IMG/VR virus record: IMGVR_UViG_3300050159_000014 | Span: 1-31,662 of that record | DNA: 31,662 nt | Direction: 5' to 3' (one strand) | DNA from: a virus | Taxonomy: Duplodnaviria; Caudoviricetes | Shown here: positions 15,773 to 25,560 of the stretch, one piece after another | How positions within the stretch are numbered: position 1 is the stretch's first letter | How the letters are laid out: each line of letters opens with the position of its first letter | The notes under the pieces: model-generated | The model's input: the letters and a program-made list of their open reading frames with translations, nothing else | Told to the model about the DNA's origin: nothing | Databases searched by the model: none | Made by a program: the position numbers and the translations under genes

Positions 15773-17255
15773 TCAAGAAACTATAAACATCTATGATTAT
15801 AATGAGACTTATATACAGCTAGACTCAGACCCTTCTGTTATGGCTGAGATTAGAGAGTATTTTACATTCGAAGCTAAGAATGCTAGATTCCATCCAAAGT
15901 TCAAGGCTAAGCAATGGGACGGCAGAATTAGGCTATTATCAGCAGTCAACAACACGATCTATAAAGGACTTATTCCTTACATAAAAGATTTCTGCGATGA
16001 ACGTGGATATAATTGTGAAATAGATCCAGCTATCTTAAAGACTCTCTCTGAAAATATTCAATTTGATATAGATCATCTTTTAAAATACGTTGATCCTGTA
16101 TTTCCTCCTTACGAATATCAAAAGAAAGCTATAGAGCATGCTATAAAAAGCACTAGATGTCTTCTACTGTCTCCTACAAGTTCTGGTAAATCGTTCATAA
16201 TATATCTGATGATGAGACATTACCTATCTGTGGGTCTCAGAGTTCTTCTCGTCGTTCCCTCTACTCATCTTGTAGAGCAGATGGTGTCAGATTTTAAAGA
16301 GTATCAACCAAGCTTTGATATTGACTATATAACCCATAAAATTTATGACGGGGCTGATAAACTCTCTCATAAACCCTTGACAGTCTCAACGTGGCAATCA
16401 ATAGTAAAGCAACCTAAGAAATACTTTAATGATAATTATGATGTTATAATAGTTGATGAAGCTCATAATTATAAAGGTGAAGAAGTTAGAAAAGTCTTAG
16501 AGTCTGCTGATCAGGTTAAGTATAAATTCGGACTCACTGGAACCTTGGATGATGTGGATATCCACAGATTCACTATAGAAGGCCTTCTAGGGAAATCCTT
16601 CACAGTCACTACAACTAGTGAAATGATAGGAGCAGGATTATCTTCGGATATATCAATTAAACCTATAGTGTTAGAATACGATCAAACCATAAGAGCTTCC
16701 AATAAAAAATTTGAATATAAAGATGAAGTTGAATTTGTAATAGGATGTCAAAAGAGAACTTCATATATTAGTAAACTAGCTCTACAACTAGCTCAAAAAA
16801 ACACAAATACTCTTATTCTAGCAGACAGAGTAGAACATGTAGAATCTCTTTATAATGAGATATCAAAGTATACTAGGAGAGTATACAAGGTAACAGGATC
16901 AGTCGATGTAAAAGAGCGCGAGAGGATCAGGAAGCTTGTTGAGTCTGAAGATGGTATAATTCTAATAGCTACATACGGGACATTTTCTACAGGTGTTAAT
17001 ATTAAGAATATCCAGAATATTATTTTTGCCTTTGCAGGAAAAGCTTACATCAGAACTCTACAATCCATAGGTAGAGGATTGAGACTTGACGGAAAATCTA
17101 ATAAGATGACTTTATACGATTTTATAGATGATTTTGGATTTATATCTAAAAACGGTAAAAAGGCTAATAATTATATATACGAACACGGAATAAAAAGACT
17201 TTCTATATACATGAAAAGCAAATTCAAATTTAATATAGTAAAAATCAAAATATAG
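15765..17255 (+). CDS. uvsW: UvsW DNA helicase
   Basis: WDGRIRL, SPTSSGKS, DEAH, GLTGT, FSTGVNI and LQSIGRGLR. Confidence 0.96.
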   Translation: MDDQETINIYDYNETYIQLDSDPSVMAEIREYFTFEAKNARFHPKFKAKQWDGRIRLLSAVNNTIYKGLIPYIKDFCDERGYNCEIDPAILKTLSENIQFDIDHLLKYVDPVFPPYEYQKKAIEHAIKSTRCLLLSPTSSGKSFIIYLMMRHYLSVGLRVLLVVPSTHLVEQMVSDFKEYQPSFDIDYITHKIYDGADKLSHKPLTVSTWQSIVKQPKKYFNDNYDVIIVDEAHNYKGEEVRKVLESADQVKYKFGLTGTLDDVDIHRFTIEGLLGKSFTVTTTSEMIGAGLSSDISIKPIVLEYDQTIRASNKKFEYKDEVEFVIGCQKRTSYISKLALQLAQKNTNTLILADRVEHVESLYNEISKYTRRVYKVTGSVDVKERERIRKLVESEDGIILIATYGTFSTGVNIKNIQNIIFAFAGKAYIRTLQSIGRGLRLDGKSNKMTLYDFIDDFGFISKNGKKANNYIYEHGIKRLSIYMKSKFKFNIVKIKI

Positions 17256-17256
17256 A

Positions 17257-17285
17257 TTGATTTGCTTTAGACAATCATCTATAAT
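17257..17285 (+). promoter_or_regulatory. Sigma70-like promoter
   Basis: TTGATT-N17-TATAAT followed by a GGAG RBS. Confidence 0.65.
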
Positions 17286-17318
17286 ATATTCTTATCAACA
17301 ATACGGAGAATCATTGTA

Positions 17319-17828
17319 ATGAGCGAAGACGATCAACAATATACAAAAATTAACATTTTAAATTCTTCCAAAAAGTTGATCCACAAGGATTCCAACAACT
17401 TCAAAATATCTGAGGTTGAAAAGAAATACAGTGCAGTATATCTTGGAGAGTTTTGTTTGAAGTCCCCTTCAGAAGGATGGATGAATCAAGCTTATTCGTT
17501 GTTTTATACTCCTAAAGCACACCCTCAAGGATCTAATTATTTTGCTCTGTATTATATGTGGGATCTTGTAAGTTTAGAGACTGGTAAACCTAAACTGTAT
17601 ATCACAAACGGAATATCTGCTGTGGTAGATCCTGAGACTGGTGATAGAGTAATTTATACTGGAGTTGATTGCGGTGATGATGAAATTCTATATTCAGCTT
17701 ATCGTCACGACTATCAAACATATAAAGATTTTATGATTGACGGTGGTAGAGATTATACTAAACGTTCTATGAACGGTAATCTCGTCAGCTTTAAAATTGT
17801 AGATGATCAGATAGTATTAGAGGATTAG
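17319..17828 (+). CDS. Conserved-looking phage hypothetical protein
   Basis: HPQGSNYF and YSAYRHDY...IDGGRDY motifs. Confidence 0.8.
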   Translation: MSEDDQQYTKINILNSSKKLIHKDSNNFKISEVEKKYSAVYLGEFCLKSPSEGWMNQAYSLFYTPKAHPQGSNYFALYYMWDLVSLETGKPKLYITNGISAVVDPETGDRVIYTGVDCGDDEILYSAYRHDYQTYKDFMIDGGRDYTKRSMNGNLVSFKIVDDQIVLED

Positions 17829-17830
17829 TT

Positions 17831-18298
17831 GTGAATATATTTTTAGATTGCGAGTTTAATAGCTTTGGAGGCAAATTGTTATCGTTGGCTATGATCGACG
17901 ATGCTGATACTTATTTCTATGAGATTATACACTACGATAATATAAAATATGATCCTTGGGTATCAGAGAATGTCCTTCCTATCATGAAAACGGATCCTAT
18001 AACAGGAAAATCTAAAGACCCTATCCCATTTCAGGTATTTCAACATAAATTATATGAATATTTAAACCCGTATTATCCAGCCAACATTATATGTGATTGG
18101 CCTGACGATATTAAATATCTTTGCGAAACTCTGATGACCGGACCAGGAATTATGATTCCTCTTAATGAATTGAATTTTTACATGTCTAGGTCTCTAGGAA
18201 CTTCTGGAGCTAAGCCTCAACATAATGCTCTTGCAGACGCTATAGCTATTAGAGATAATTATTACAAACTTCAGAACGATAAGATAAAATTCTTTTAG
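17831..18298 (+). CDS. DEDD 3'-5' exo(ribo)nuclease, Rv2179c/DUF5051-like
   Basis: IFLDCEF, WVxENVLP, DWPDD and HNALADA; GTG start with GAGG RBS. Confidence 0.85.
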   Translation: MNIFLDCEFNSFGGKLLSLAMIDDADTYFYEIIHYDNIKYDPWVSENVLPIMKTDPITGKSKDPIPFQVFQHKLYEYLNPYYPANIICDWPDDIKYLCETLMTGPGIMIPLNELNFYMSRSLGTSGAKPQHNALADAIAIRDNYYKLQNDKIKFF

Positions 18299-19905
18299 AA
18301 GCTTAGATAGTTTCCGAATATAGGATCAGGATTTCTTGTTACAATAGGCATAGACATATATGTATTGTTTACTGGAGATATATTAGCTACTGTATTGTTA
18401 AAACTAGAAGGCTCTCTAGGACCTCCTGTGTTCATAGAAGCTTGTTCTATTTTGCTTTGATTAGACATCATATCAACAGTCCTCTGATCTTGTTTGGCTG
18501 AAGGCTGAACATCTGGGGCTTTTTGATTAGGGTATGCAAAATCATGCAGAGAATCTGGTGCGAATTTCATTTCGTATCCCAGAATATTTATTTTATTGTC
18601 TTCTGGAATAAATTTTTGAAGAGCTGATCTTATAGTGTCTAGGAATCCATTGACTATAGAATCTTTAAGAGAAGTAATTTTATCCGTAATAGTTTTAACA
18701 GTATCATTAAAGAAATCTCCAATGTCGTTGAATATATTTCCCCAACCATCCCATATTCTATATACAAGTATTCCTATTTGATCTGTAATTTTATCATAGC
18801 TGAATATATCAGTACCTATGAGATCATTTAAAGGAGATAGCAATTCGTCTACAATATTTTTAAATGTAGCTTCTATAAGAGCAGCACCTCTCTTGCCTTC
18901 ATCGTAAGCATTATAAGCTCCCTGAGCTCCTGCTATGGCAGCAGCACCTACTGTAAGAATACCAGCACCCTTCATAGCAACTTTACCTACAGTCCCCAAT
19001 ACTCCTGGTACAGCTTTCATAACTTTAGTAAATTTCGAAACTTTTGGAATTTCTTTGGCAACCTTACCGAATGAGCTAGAAAGTTTTCCACCTTCTCCTA
19101 CAGCAAACTTCTCTCCTGCTTTAAAGATGTTTCCTATTTTACCAGCAACTTTAGGAGAAATCTTTTCAAATAGCTTCGGAGCAATTTTAGAAAGAATCCC
19201 TCCAATTATTTTGTTTCCTAAAAGAATTTCGAACAATCCTATCAAAGCTCCTTCCAGCAAAGGAATAAACCTCATAAACATAACATTCTCAAGCATCTTC
19301 CAAAGAGGATTTTTAGAATCTCCTTTGACTTCAGCTATAACATGATCTTTTAAACTAAATGTGTTATCAGCTTTAGCTTTTTGAAGATTAAATTTGGCCG
19401 ACTTCTCAGCTTCTTTAGCTAACCTATTAGAATCTTTAATCACCGCTAGTTGATCTTCATTGATTCCCCAAACATCACTAGTAGCTTTTAAAAGATCTCT
19501 CATAATGTTAGAGATATCATCTAACTCATGATACACCAAATCGAATATATTAGTATGGCCTATATTCTCTTTCTTGATGATCTTGATATCTTTAGCTTGT
19601 TCGTCTACAGCCTTAGTTTGCTTTACCTGCTCTTTATTGTTCCCCATGAGGTCATCTACAAAATCTCCTAGATACCCTCCAATCAATCCAAGATCGGGAA
19701 GCTCAGACAACAGGTAAGATTGCATTAATCCCAAAGAATCTACTAACGTTTTATTTGCAGATCTCATCACAGGAATCATTGCTAAAGCAATAGCAGCAGA
19801 TAAACCCTTTACAGAGGAGTCATTAGAATCTCTAACTTGAATATTTTCAGTAGAAGTATTACCCTTAGGTAAGGCTTTTTTGTTACTAGACGTCTTCTTT
19901 GCCAT
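18295..19905 (-). CDS. Tape-measure / baseplate hub protein (gp29-like)
   Basis: 536 aa with a coiled N-terminus, a Gly/Ala/Lys-rich hydrophobic middle and amphipathic W/F repeats; downstream of gp26/gp51. Confidence 0.7.
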   Translation of the reverse strand: MAKKTSSNKKALPKGNTSTENIQVRDSNDSSVKGLSAAIALAMIPVMRSANKTLVDSLGLMQSYLLSELPDLGLIGGYLGDFVDDLMGNNKEQVKQTKAVDEQAKDIKIIKKENIGHTNIFDLVYHELDDISNIMRDLLKATSDVWGINEDQLAVIKDSNRLAKEAEKSAKFNLQKAKADNTFSLKDHVIAEVKGDSKNPLWKMLENVMFMRFIPLLEGALIGLFEILLGNKIIGGILSKIAPKLFEKISPKVAGKIGNIFKAGEKFAVGEGGKLSSSFGKVAKEIPKVSKFTKVMKAVPGVLGTVGKVAMKGAGILTVGAAAIAGAQGAYNAYDEGKRGAALIEATFKNIVDELLSPLNDLIGTDIFSYDKITDQIGILVYRIWDGWGNIFNDIGDFFNDTVKTITDKITSLKDSIVNGFLDTIRSALQKFIPEDNKINILGYEMKFAPDSLHDFAYPNQKAPDVQPSAKQDQRTVDMMSNQSKIEQASMNTGGPREPSSFNNTVANISPVNNTYMSMPIVTRNPDPIFGNYLSF

Positions 19906-20161
19906 TTCCTGAAGTTTCTGTTGCTTTTGTGATTAGTTTATTGGTATTGACATCTTGATATGTAGCTCCAAACACATACACTGATATAACAAGCCCAGCT
20001 AGCGAGAAAGAAGAAGTTACAAGTGTTTCGTATATCCTTGTATCTGTTCCTTTATATGTAATATATAGAACTATAGCTGCGCATACTGCTAGGGTTGTGT
20101 ATATAATTCTTCTTCTATGAAGCCATCCGTCATTGGCTCTTCCAATAAGATCTTTAGACAT
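19886..20161 (-). CDS. Two-TM membrane protein, holin-like
   Basis: AGGAG RBS; RRR followed by two hydrophobic helices and a charged tail. Confidence 0.6.
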   Translation of the reverse strand: MSKDLIGRANDGWLHRRRIIYTTLAVCAAIVLYITYKGTDTRIYETLVTSSFSLAGLVISVYVFGATYQDVNTNKLITKATETSGNGKEDV

Positions 20162-20169
20162 GTTTTCTC

Positions 20170-20346
20170 CTATGAATGATCTAACATGTCCTTCTTTTCT
20201 TGTAAGTATCTTTCTAGGAAACCTATGTAGATAGATCTTTCCCAGGGGATCATGTTTTCTAGTTCATCTATAGAGTATTTATGATGATTAGCTAAAGTAA
20301 AGTTTGTTGCATAATAAGAAGGTAATGATAGGTCACAGATTATTCT
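20170..20346 (-). CDS. 51: gp51-like baseplate assembly chaperone extension, no start codon (-1 frame of gp26-like gene)
   Basis: Hand translation RIICDLSLPSYYATNFTLANHHKYSIDELENMIPWERSIYIGFLERYLQEKKDMLDHS. An in-frame stop at 20356-58 bounds it upstream. Confidence 0.8.
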   Translation of the reverse strand, partial: RIICDLSLPSYYATNFTLANHHKYSIDELENMIPWERSIYIGFLERYLQEKKDMLDHS

Positions 20347-21071
20347 AAAAAACTTTTAAGACCTACCATCTCAATAGTTTCTTCGTGTCCACAAGAAGAA
20401 CATTTTACAAGCTTTTTATATCTCAACCTAGGAAGATCTTCGAAGAATTTTTTGATCTTAGAGAACTGTGAGTCTGTTAATGATTCGATCCAATCAACAA
20501 GATCTTCTTCTGTATAATCCTTAGTATCAAACAGATCGTCTCCCTTATAGATAGTGTCTATAAATTTAGAGAATACTGAATACACTTGAGTTATATTATT
20601 AGATTCATAGAGAGTCTCTATAAACTGTATGGAAGATAGTGTTGGATACTTTAAAATAACTCCAAACTTTTCACTATCTTCTAGAGATATGTTATTAGAT
20701 GTCTTAGAATCTACAGTAACTTCATTGAGATCAATTTGAATTTCATTGACGTGTCCGCATTTTGATCCATCTTCTTTATCATGATCGCACTTGAATGCTA
20801 CATCGACCACAGAACCTTTAGATTTAATTCTTAGATTTAAGAAGATATATTCAAGATCAACTAAAGCTAACTTATCAACATCTATAGCATCGTAAGTGCA
20901 TCCAGATACAACTGTTTTAATTGTGTCGTATATTGTAGTGTCTGCTTTATCCTGAAAAGCTATCATGATAGCTTTTTCTTCTTTTACTAGGAAAGGTCTG
21001 TACTTAACTTCCCTTCCGTTGGAAGGTAATTTGAGGGTATATGTGGGAACTACACTTTTTGGTAGAGTCAT
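20340..21071 (-). CDS. 26: gp26-like baseplate hub assembly protein
   Basis: LPK...PTY.LKLPS...VKYRPFLVKEEK, DLEYIFLNLR.KSKG, YPT and C..C...GL.SF. Confidence 0.9.
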   Translation of the reverse strand: MTLPKSVVPTYTLKLPSNGREVKYRPFLVKEEKAIMIAFQDKADTTIYDTIKTVVSGCTYDAIDVDKLALVDLEYIFLNLRIKSKGSVVDVAFKCDHDKEDGSKCGHVNEIQIDLNEVTVDSKTSNNISLEDSEKFGVILKYPTLSSIQFIETLYESNNITQVYSVFSKFIDTIYKGDDLFDTKDYTEEDLVDWIESLTDSQFSKIKKFFEDLPRLRYKKLVKCSSCGHEETIEMVGLKSFLE

Positions 21072-21104
21072 TTTACGGTATCACTTTCTTTATAATATTT
21101 AAAA

Positions 21105-21112
21105 TATTTATA
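21105..21112 (-). promoter_or_regulatory. T4-type late promoter
   Basis: TATAAATA on the minus strand, about 35 nt upstream of gp26. Confidence 0.7.
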
Positions 21113-22613
21113 CTGTTATCTTTCCTATTTTACCGTTATAAGAATCTATAACAGCTTCTATTTGCATTCTATAATCTAGAGGAGACAGTATATGTTTTAT
21201 TGACGTTATCAGGTAGTATCCCGAATAATACTTAGAAGGAGTTCCTGTGATAGAGGCATCAACTTCACTAAAATTATAATCAGTCAGATCAATCTTCACA
21301 CAATCTCCTACTTTATGTCTGGAGTTTGCCGGTATCTCGAATTGAATCTTAAAGTTGTTTAGAGCTGCTAAACAGGATATTCTCTTTTGAAGATACTGCT
21401 CGGGACCGATATACTTGGAGTTATCATTGTATCTATAATCTTCTAGGCTTGTTATAGGGTGATTTCTCGTTGACATAACAGGAAGAAAAAGCCTTCTTGA
21501 ATTATACTGTTGAGTTATATCGTTTTTATTAGACTCGTCTAGATATATCGGTGGAAAATCTTTAGGATTATTAACATCTAGAAGATCTCTGTTTGTAGTT
21601 TCCGAATTGTAGAAATCTTTTAAATAATCAAATTCAACAACATTAGTTTCCCCTGTATGGATATCATAAGTCGTTAACGACGATGCGTACATTCCTGAAT
21701 TGATATTTTTAATGATATCATAAGATCGTTGTATTTGAAGTTTTTCTATAGTTTCCGTATCAACGTCTCTTTGAGTGCTTTGTTGATTTTGTGCGGCGTT
21801 TCCGTATTTAAAAGTAACTCCAAGCTTACTATTGATTTCCTTAGTTTCAAATAAAGTTTCTAAACTGACAAACTGAAATCCTCTTTTGTTTTCAAAAAAC
21901 ATAAAATTAGCTATCTCGTATTCATCTGCCCCGTATCTCCCAGGAGCCAACCTTAAAGATTTATTAGCAAATTCTTGTATCATTTCTACAGGCTTCGTAT
22001 AGGGAAACGTTATACAAGGTTCTATGTTTTTAGTTTTTTCTACAAATAATTCTACAGCATTATCTTCTGATACGTTTTCGTATTCAGCTTCGATATTATT
22101 AGAGCTTATATATGGAGATCTTCCAAACCGGGATATCGGTTCAGATAAAGTGTTTGTAGGAAATCTTAAACCTTCATCTGCCGTCATTATTTGAGTAACT
22201 ATTTCTGAAGATCTAAACCCTCTATAAGATTTAGATATCTTCGAGAGTTCATTAGTTTTATATTCAGGGGAAGCAAAGTATAAGGAATAAACTCTTTGAA
22301 AATCTTTTATTTGGTTTACATCGTCTATTCTAATGATATCGAAAGTTCTGTGTATATAATCTATAGCTTGGTTCTCGCTTGAATAATTGTAAGAATAAAA
22401 CTTTAGAGTTAGTTGTTCATTTCCAGAGATAGGAAGTTTATCGAATAATCCTAATGTGTCCGATATAGTGATTTTACCGTTGAGACAGGGGGAGAACATA
22501 TCTTCGTATAATATGAGCCCTTGAAAAATAGGAGCGATATCAATCTTGTCTCCTAGACAAGTCGTCAATATCATCTTCTCTATTGTAGGGGTTCCTGCAG
22601 CCTTTATATACAT
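21108..22613 (-). CDS. Baseplate hub protein (gp27-like)
   Basis: LYED.FSP.L.G.I.I.D...L...LPI.G.E, FMFFEN..GF.F.S and YSGYYLITSIKH; follows gp53. Confidence 0.75.
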   Translation of the reverse strand: MYIKAAGTPTIEKMILTTCLGDKIDIAPIFQGLILYEDMFSPCLNGKITISDTLGLFDKLPISGNEQLTLKFYSYNYSSENQAIDYIHRTFDIIRIDDVNQIKDFQRVYSLYFASPEYKTNELSKISKSYRGFRSSEIVTQIMTADEGLRFPTNTLSEPISRFGRSPYISSNNIEAEYENVSEDNAVELFVEKTKNIEPCITFPYTKPVEMIQEFANKSLRLAPGRYGADEYEIANFMFFENKRGFQFVSLETLFETKEINSKLGVTFKYGNAAQNQQSTQRDVDTETIEKLQIQRSYDIIKNINSGMYASSLTTYDIHTGETNVVEFDYLKDFYNSETTNRDLLDVNNPKDFPPIYLDESNKNDITQQYNSRRLFLPVMSTRNHPITSLEDYRYNDNSKYIGPEQYLQKRISCLAALNNFKIQFEIPANSRHKVGDCVKIDLTDYNFSEVDASITGTPSKYYSGYYLITSIKHILSPLDYRMQIEAVIDSYNGKIGKITV

Positions 22614-23087
22614 CTATAGAGCTTTTCTAAGTTGAGTTTTTAATTCAGCAAGAACTTGAGGAACATAATCTTTTTTGAGAAGTTTAACTTTTCTTTTAAG
22701 TTCGTTTATATTCTGTTCGAAAGTCAGATTAGATACAGGATGAGTTGTTACAGTGTTTGTCCATATACCTTCAGCAGTCTCGTAGTGGTGTATAGAATAT
22801 ATATTTTGAACTCCGTATTTTTCAGATACAAAATTGTATAATTGGGAATCCGACATGCACCATCCTGTATACAGATCATCTATATCATTGATCATTAAAA
22901 TTATCCAGTACAGTTGAGGATCTCCGTAAACTTGATATGCCAATTGTTCGGGAGTTTGACCGTCTTTAACTTGGACATATTCAAATAGCACCGTATTAGT
23001 TTTAATTTGATTTAGGAAGTCTATTCTAATGGTTGTATTAACAACTCCATCCGACGTCTTTGGAAAATTTTCAAATAAGCTAGGCAT
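22614..23087 (-). CDS. 53: gp53 baseplate wedge protein
   Basis: F..FP, V.DGQTPEQLAY.VYGDP.LYWIIL..N, HHYE and E...NE.KR. Confidence 0.92.
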   Translation of the reverse strand: MPSLFENFPKTSDGVVNTTIRIDFLNQIKTNTVLFEYVQVKDGQTPEQLAYQVYGDPQLYWIILMINDIDDLYTGWCMSDSQLYNFVSEKYGVQNIYSIHHYETAEGIWTNTVTTHPVSNLTFEQNINELKRKVKLLKKDYVPQVLAELKTQLRKAL

Positions 23088-23090
23088 CTT

Positions 23091-23843
23091 TTACACTCCT
23101 GGTGTCTTAGTTGTTTTCAGGTCAGTTTCTAAGAACGACATTGAAAGAGTGATTTGGGAAGTGTATCCATCATCCATTAACTGAGTGTTGGATTGAGAAT
23201 ATCCAACACTCACGTTCTGACAGACGCAATAGTTTATAACAGGAAATCCTTTAACGTTCCTAAAATGAATTCCAAATTCAGCAGGAAAATTAAAAAACGA
23301 GTCTGAGTTGTTTTCTATAGAAGGCAGAGAATGTTTAGTGAATGTTTTAATGATATTGTCTATGATCTCTGATTCTTGTTGAGAATATGGCAGGAATGTC
23401 CATTGCCAAGAAAATGATCTAGGCTCAGATCCGTTGTATAAAGCTTGTTTCTTTGGATTGGGAGTAAGAGCAGCGATCTTTTTAAATGTATCTCCTACAG
23501 TAAGAGATGCCATAGTTTTACCTATAATAGCAGCACCATCGAGAACACTGGAAGATCTTAAAACATCTCTAATCCCTTCTATCATTCTAAGATCAGTCAT
23601 TTCCCAAGAATGGCTATAGTTATTTTGAACATTATCAGGAAGAGGTAGATATACCCTCTCTAAAACCGTTGGAGGATGTTGAGATAGTTTAATATCTCCT
23701 TTAGGCTTCTCTATTTTCCCAGATGATGCCGGAGCAGAGTCTTTAATCCAGTTACGGTCTCTGAACTTTACAATATCGAACGACATGTAAGGATAATTGT
23801 TATCAGCTTTGTGACCCAAATCAATTGGATATCTTATAGACAT
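23091..23843 (-). CDS. 48: gp48 baseplate tail-tube cap
   Basis: RYP, VYLPLP, NP....LY.G...RSFS..W.F.P.S..ES and L...F.E. Confidence 0.85.
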   Translation of the reverse strand: MSIRYPIDLGHKADNNYPYMSFDIVKFRDRNWIKDSAPASSGKIEKPKGDIKLSQHPPTVLERVYLPLPDNVQNNYSHSWEMTDLRMIEGIRDVLRSSSVLDGAAIIGKTMASLTVGDTFKKIAALTPNPKKQALYNGSEPRSFSWQWTFLPYSQQESEIIDNIIKTFTKHSLPSIENNSDSFFNFPAEFGIHFRNVKGFPVINYCVCQNVSVGYSQSNTQLMDDGYTSQITLSMSFLETDLKTTKTPGV

Positions 23844-23854
23844 CTAGAACCTTT

Positions 23855-23888
23855 TAATAAATATACATTTAATACTTAATTATTTATT
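23855..23888. promoter_or_regulatory. Overlapping oppositely oriented late-promoter pair
   Basis: TAATAAATA at 23855-63 (plus, towards gp4) and AATAAATA at 23881-88 (minus, towards gp48). Confidence 0.55.
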
Positions 23889-23898
23889 GTTGAGTTAT

Positions 23899-24354
23899 AT
23901 GGCTTTAAACAACGCTAAATCCGGAAGATACTACCCAAAGAATCCTCAGAAATATGCTGGAGATCCTAATAAGATCATCTATAGATCTATGTTGGAGAGA
24001 AATCTTATGGTTTATTTTGACAAGACTCCAAATATTACTAAGTGGGCGTCAGAAGAGATAGTAATTCCTTATATAAATCAACTAGATAACAGTAGCCATC
24101 GATATTTCCCGGATTTTTTAATAGAATATATAGACACGAATAATAAACTTCGCAAGATGCTTATAGAGGTTAAACCGTACAGCCAGACCATAGAGCCCAA
24201 GCCTAAAAAGAATAAGAAGACTATGTTATTCGAAACTACTACATGGTTGACTAATAAATCTAAATGGGAAGCTGCAGAGGCTTGGTGTAAACAACATGAT
24301 ATAGAATTTAAAATTCTCACAGAAAAACAAATAAAACCACAGCCGAAATCTTAA
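23899..24354 (+). CDS. 4: gp4 head completion nuclease
   Basis: GRY.PKNP.KY.GD...IIYRS, WASEE..IPY, RYFPDF, IEVKP and NKSKWEAA; ATG at 23899 preferred. Confidence 0.93.
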   Translation: MALNNAKSGRYYPKNPQKYAGDPNKIIYRSMLERNLMVYFDKTPNITKWASEEIVIPYINQLDNSSHRYFPDFLIEYIDTNNKLRKMLIEVKPYSQTIEPKPKKNKKTMLFETTTWLTNKSKWEAAEAWCKQHDIEFKILTEKQIKPQPKS

Positions 24355-24360
24355 TAAATA
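24352..24360 (+). promoter_or_regulatory. Late-promoter variant
   Basis: TAATAAATA immediately upstream of gp2. Confidence 0.4.
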
Positions 24361-24365
24361 ATCAT

Positions 24366-24962
24366 ATGATAGAGAAGACTGAAACAATCACTCAAAGACT
24401 CGAAAAGCTTGCTAGGCAAAGAGGTCTGGAACCTTTTGCTATGAAGTCTATGAATTGGTTTATAGACAAAGCTAAATCTGTTAACAGAGCTGACGCTCGT
24501 AAAGAATTGTTCAAGCATGGTAAGAAGAAAAACGGAGCTCCTGCATTGGGGAGAATGTACTTCTACCAGTATAATGCTAAGACTAAAGATCAGCTGCCTT
24601 ACTGGGATTCTTTTCCTTTGATTTTTATGCTAGAGCTTAAAGAAGATGGTTTTTTAGGAATAAATACCCACTACCTACCTCCAAAAGCTAGAGCTCTCCT
24701 GATAGATAGGCTTTTGAGTCTCAGATCTAACAAAAAATATACAGATTCCGTCCGTTTACGGATGACCTACCAACTGCTAAAAAACATTCCAAAATATGCT
24801 CTATTTAAACCCTGCCTGAAGAGATATTTGTTTTCTCATATAACGTCCAGAATAATAGAAATTCCTCATACCGAATGGGAAGCTACGGTGTTTCTACCAT
24901 TACAACAATTCAATAAAGAAGTAAACTCTAGAATCTGGTCAGATTCTATGAATGGAAAATAA
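24366..24962 (+). CDS. 2: gp2 DNA end protector protein
   Basis: GRMYFY.Y..KTKD.LPYWD.FPL, GFLGIN.HYLPP, KPC.KRYL and W.DS. Confidence 0.95.
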   Translation: MIEKTETITQRLEKLARQRGLEPFAMKSMNWFIDKAKSVNRADARKELFKHGKKKNGAPALGRMYFYQYNAKTKDQLPYWDSFPLIFMLELKEDGFLGINTHYLPPKARALLIDRLLSLRSNKKYTDSVRLRMTYQLLKNIPKYALFKPCLKRYLFSHITSRIIEIPHTEWEATVFLPLQQFNKEVNSRIWSDSMNGK

Positions 24963-25503
24963 TCATATGACAAGTATCAACGACATCATCTCTCAAGTAA
25001 ATAAAAATTACTTCACCAAACCTAATAGATATTCTGTAGCTATTAATGGAGGGTATGGAGAAACTGTTGTTGGAGACGCTTCTAGAGATGTTATGTTCAA
25101 CTGTGCTCAAGTAAATATTCCCGGATTAAATATAGGAACGACTCAGCACCGTAAATACGGTCAGGGTGTTCCTACATTCATGCCAACAGGAAAATCTTTT
25201 ACAGATTGTACATTATCGTTCTATGAATCTGAAAAAATGAATGAGAGAGCTTATTTCTCTCAGTGGGCTTCTTCTATTCTAGATTCTAAAACAGGACGTC
25301 TAAAGTATTTTGATACTATCAAGAAAGATATCACTATAACTCAATATGATCTTAGAGATAATATTACATATCAGTGTATTTTGAGAGAAGTTTTCCCTTC
25401 TAACGTATCCCCTTCTGATAGATCTTATAGTGCTGAGAATACAGTATCTCAGTTCGTTGTGTCGTTTCAGTTTAGATCGATGGAAGAGATTTTCAGTAAA
25501 TAA
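24952..25503 (+). CDS. gp54/gp19-like baseplate tail-tube initiator
   Basis: KPNRY.V, C....IPG, ER.YF..W and ITITQYD...L.EVFP; the start may be 24967. Confidence 0.8.
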   Translation: MENNHMTSINDIISQVNKNYFTKPNRYSVAINGGYGETVVGDASRDVMFNCAQVNIPGLNIGTTQHRKYGQGVPTFMPTGKSFTDCTLSFYESEKMNERAYFSQWASSILDSKTGRLKYFDTIKKDITITQYDLRDNITYQCILREVFPSNVSPSDRSYSAENTVSQFVVSFQFRSMEEIFSK

Positions 25504-25507
25504 TCGC

Positions 25508-25540
25508 TTGACTCTTCAAGAAACTTCTATAATATAAATA
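25508..25540 (+). promoter_or_regulatory. Sigma70-like plus late promoter
   Basis: TTGACT at 25508; TATAAATA at 25533-40. Confidence 0.65.
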
Positions 25541-25560
25541 ATATGAACAAGGAATACGAT

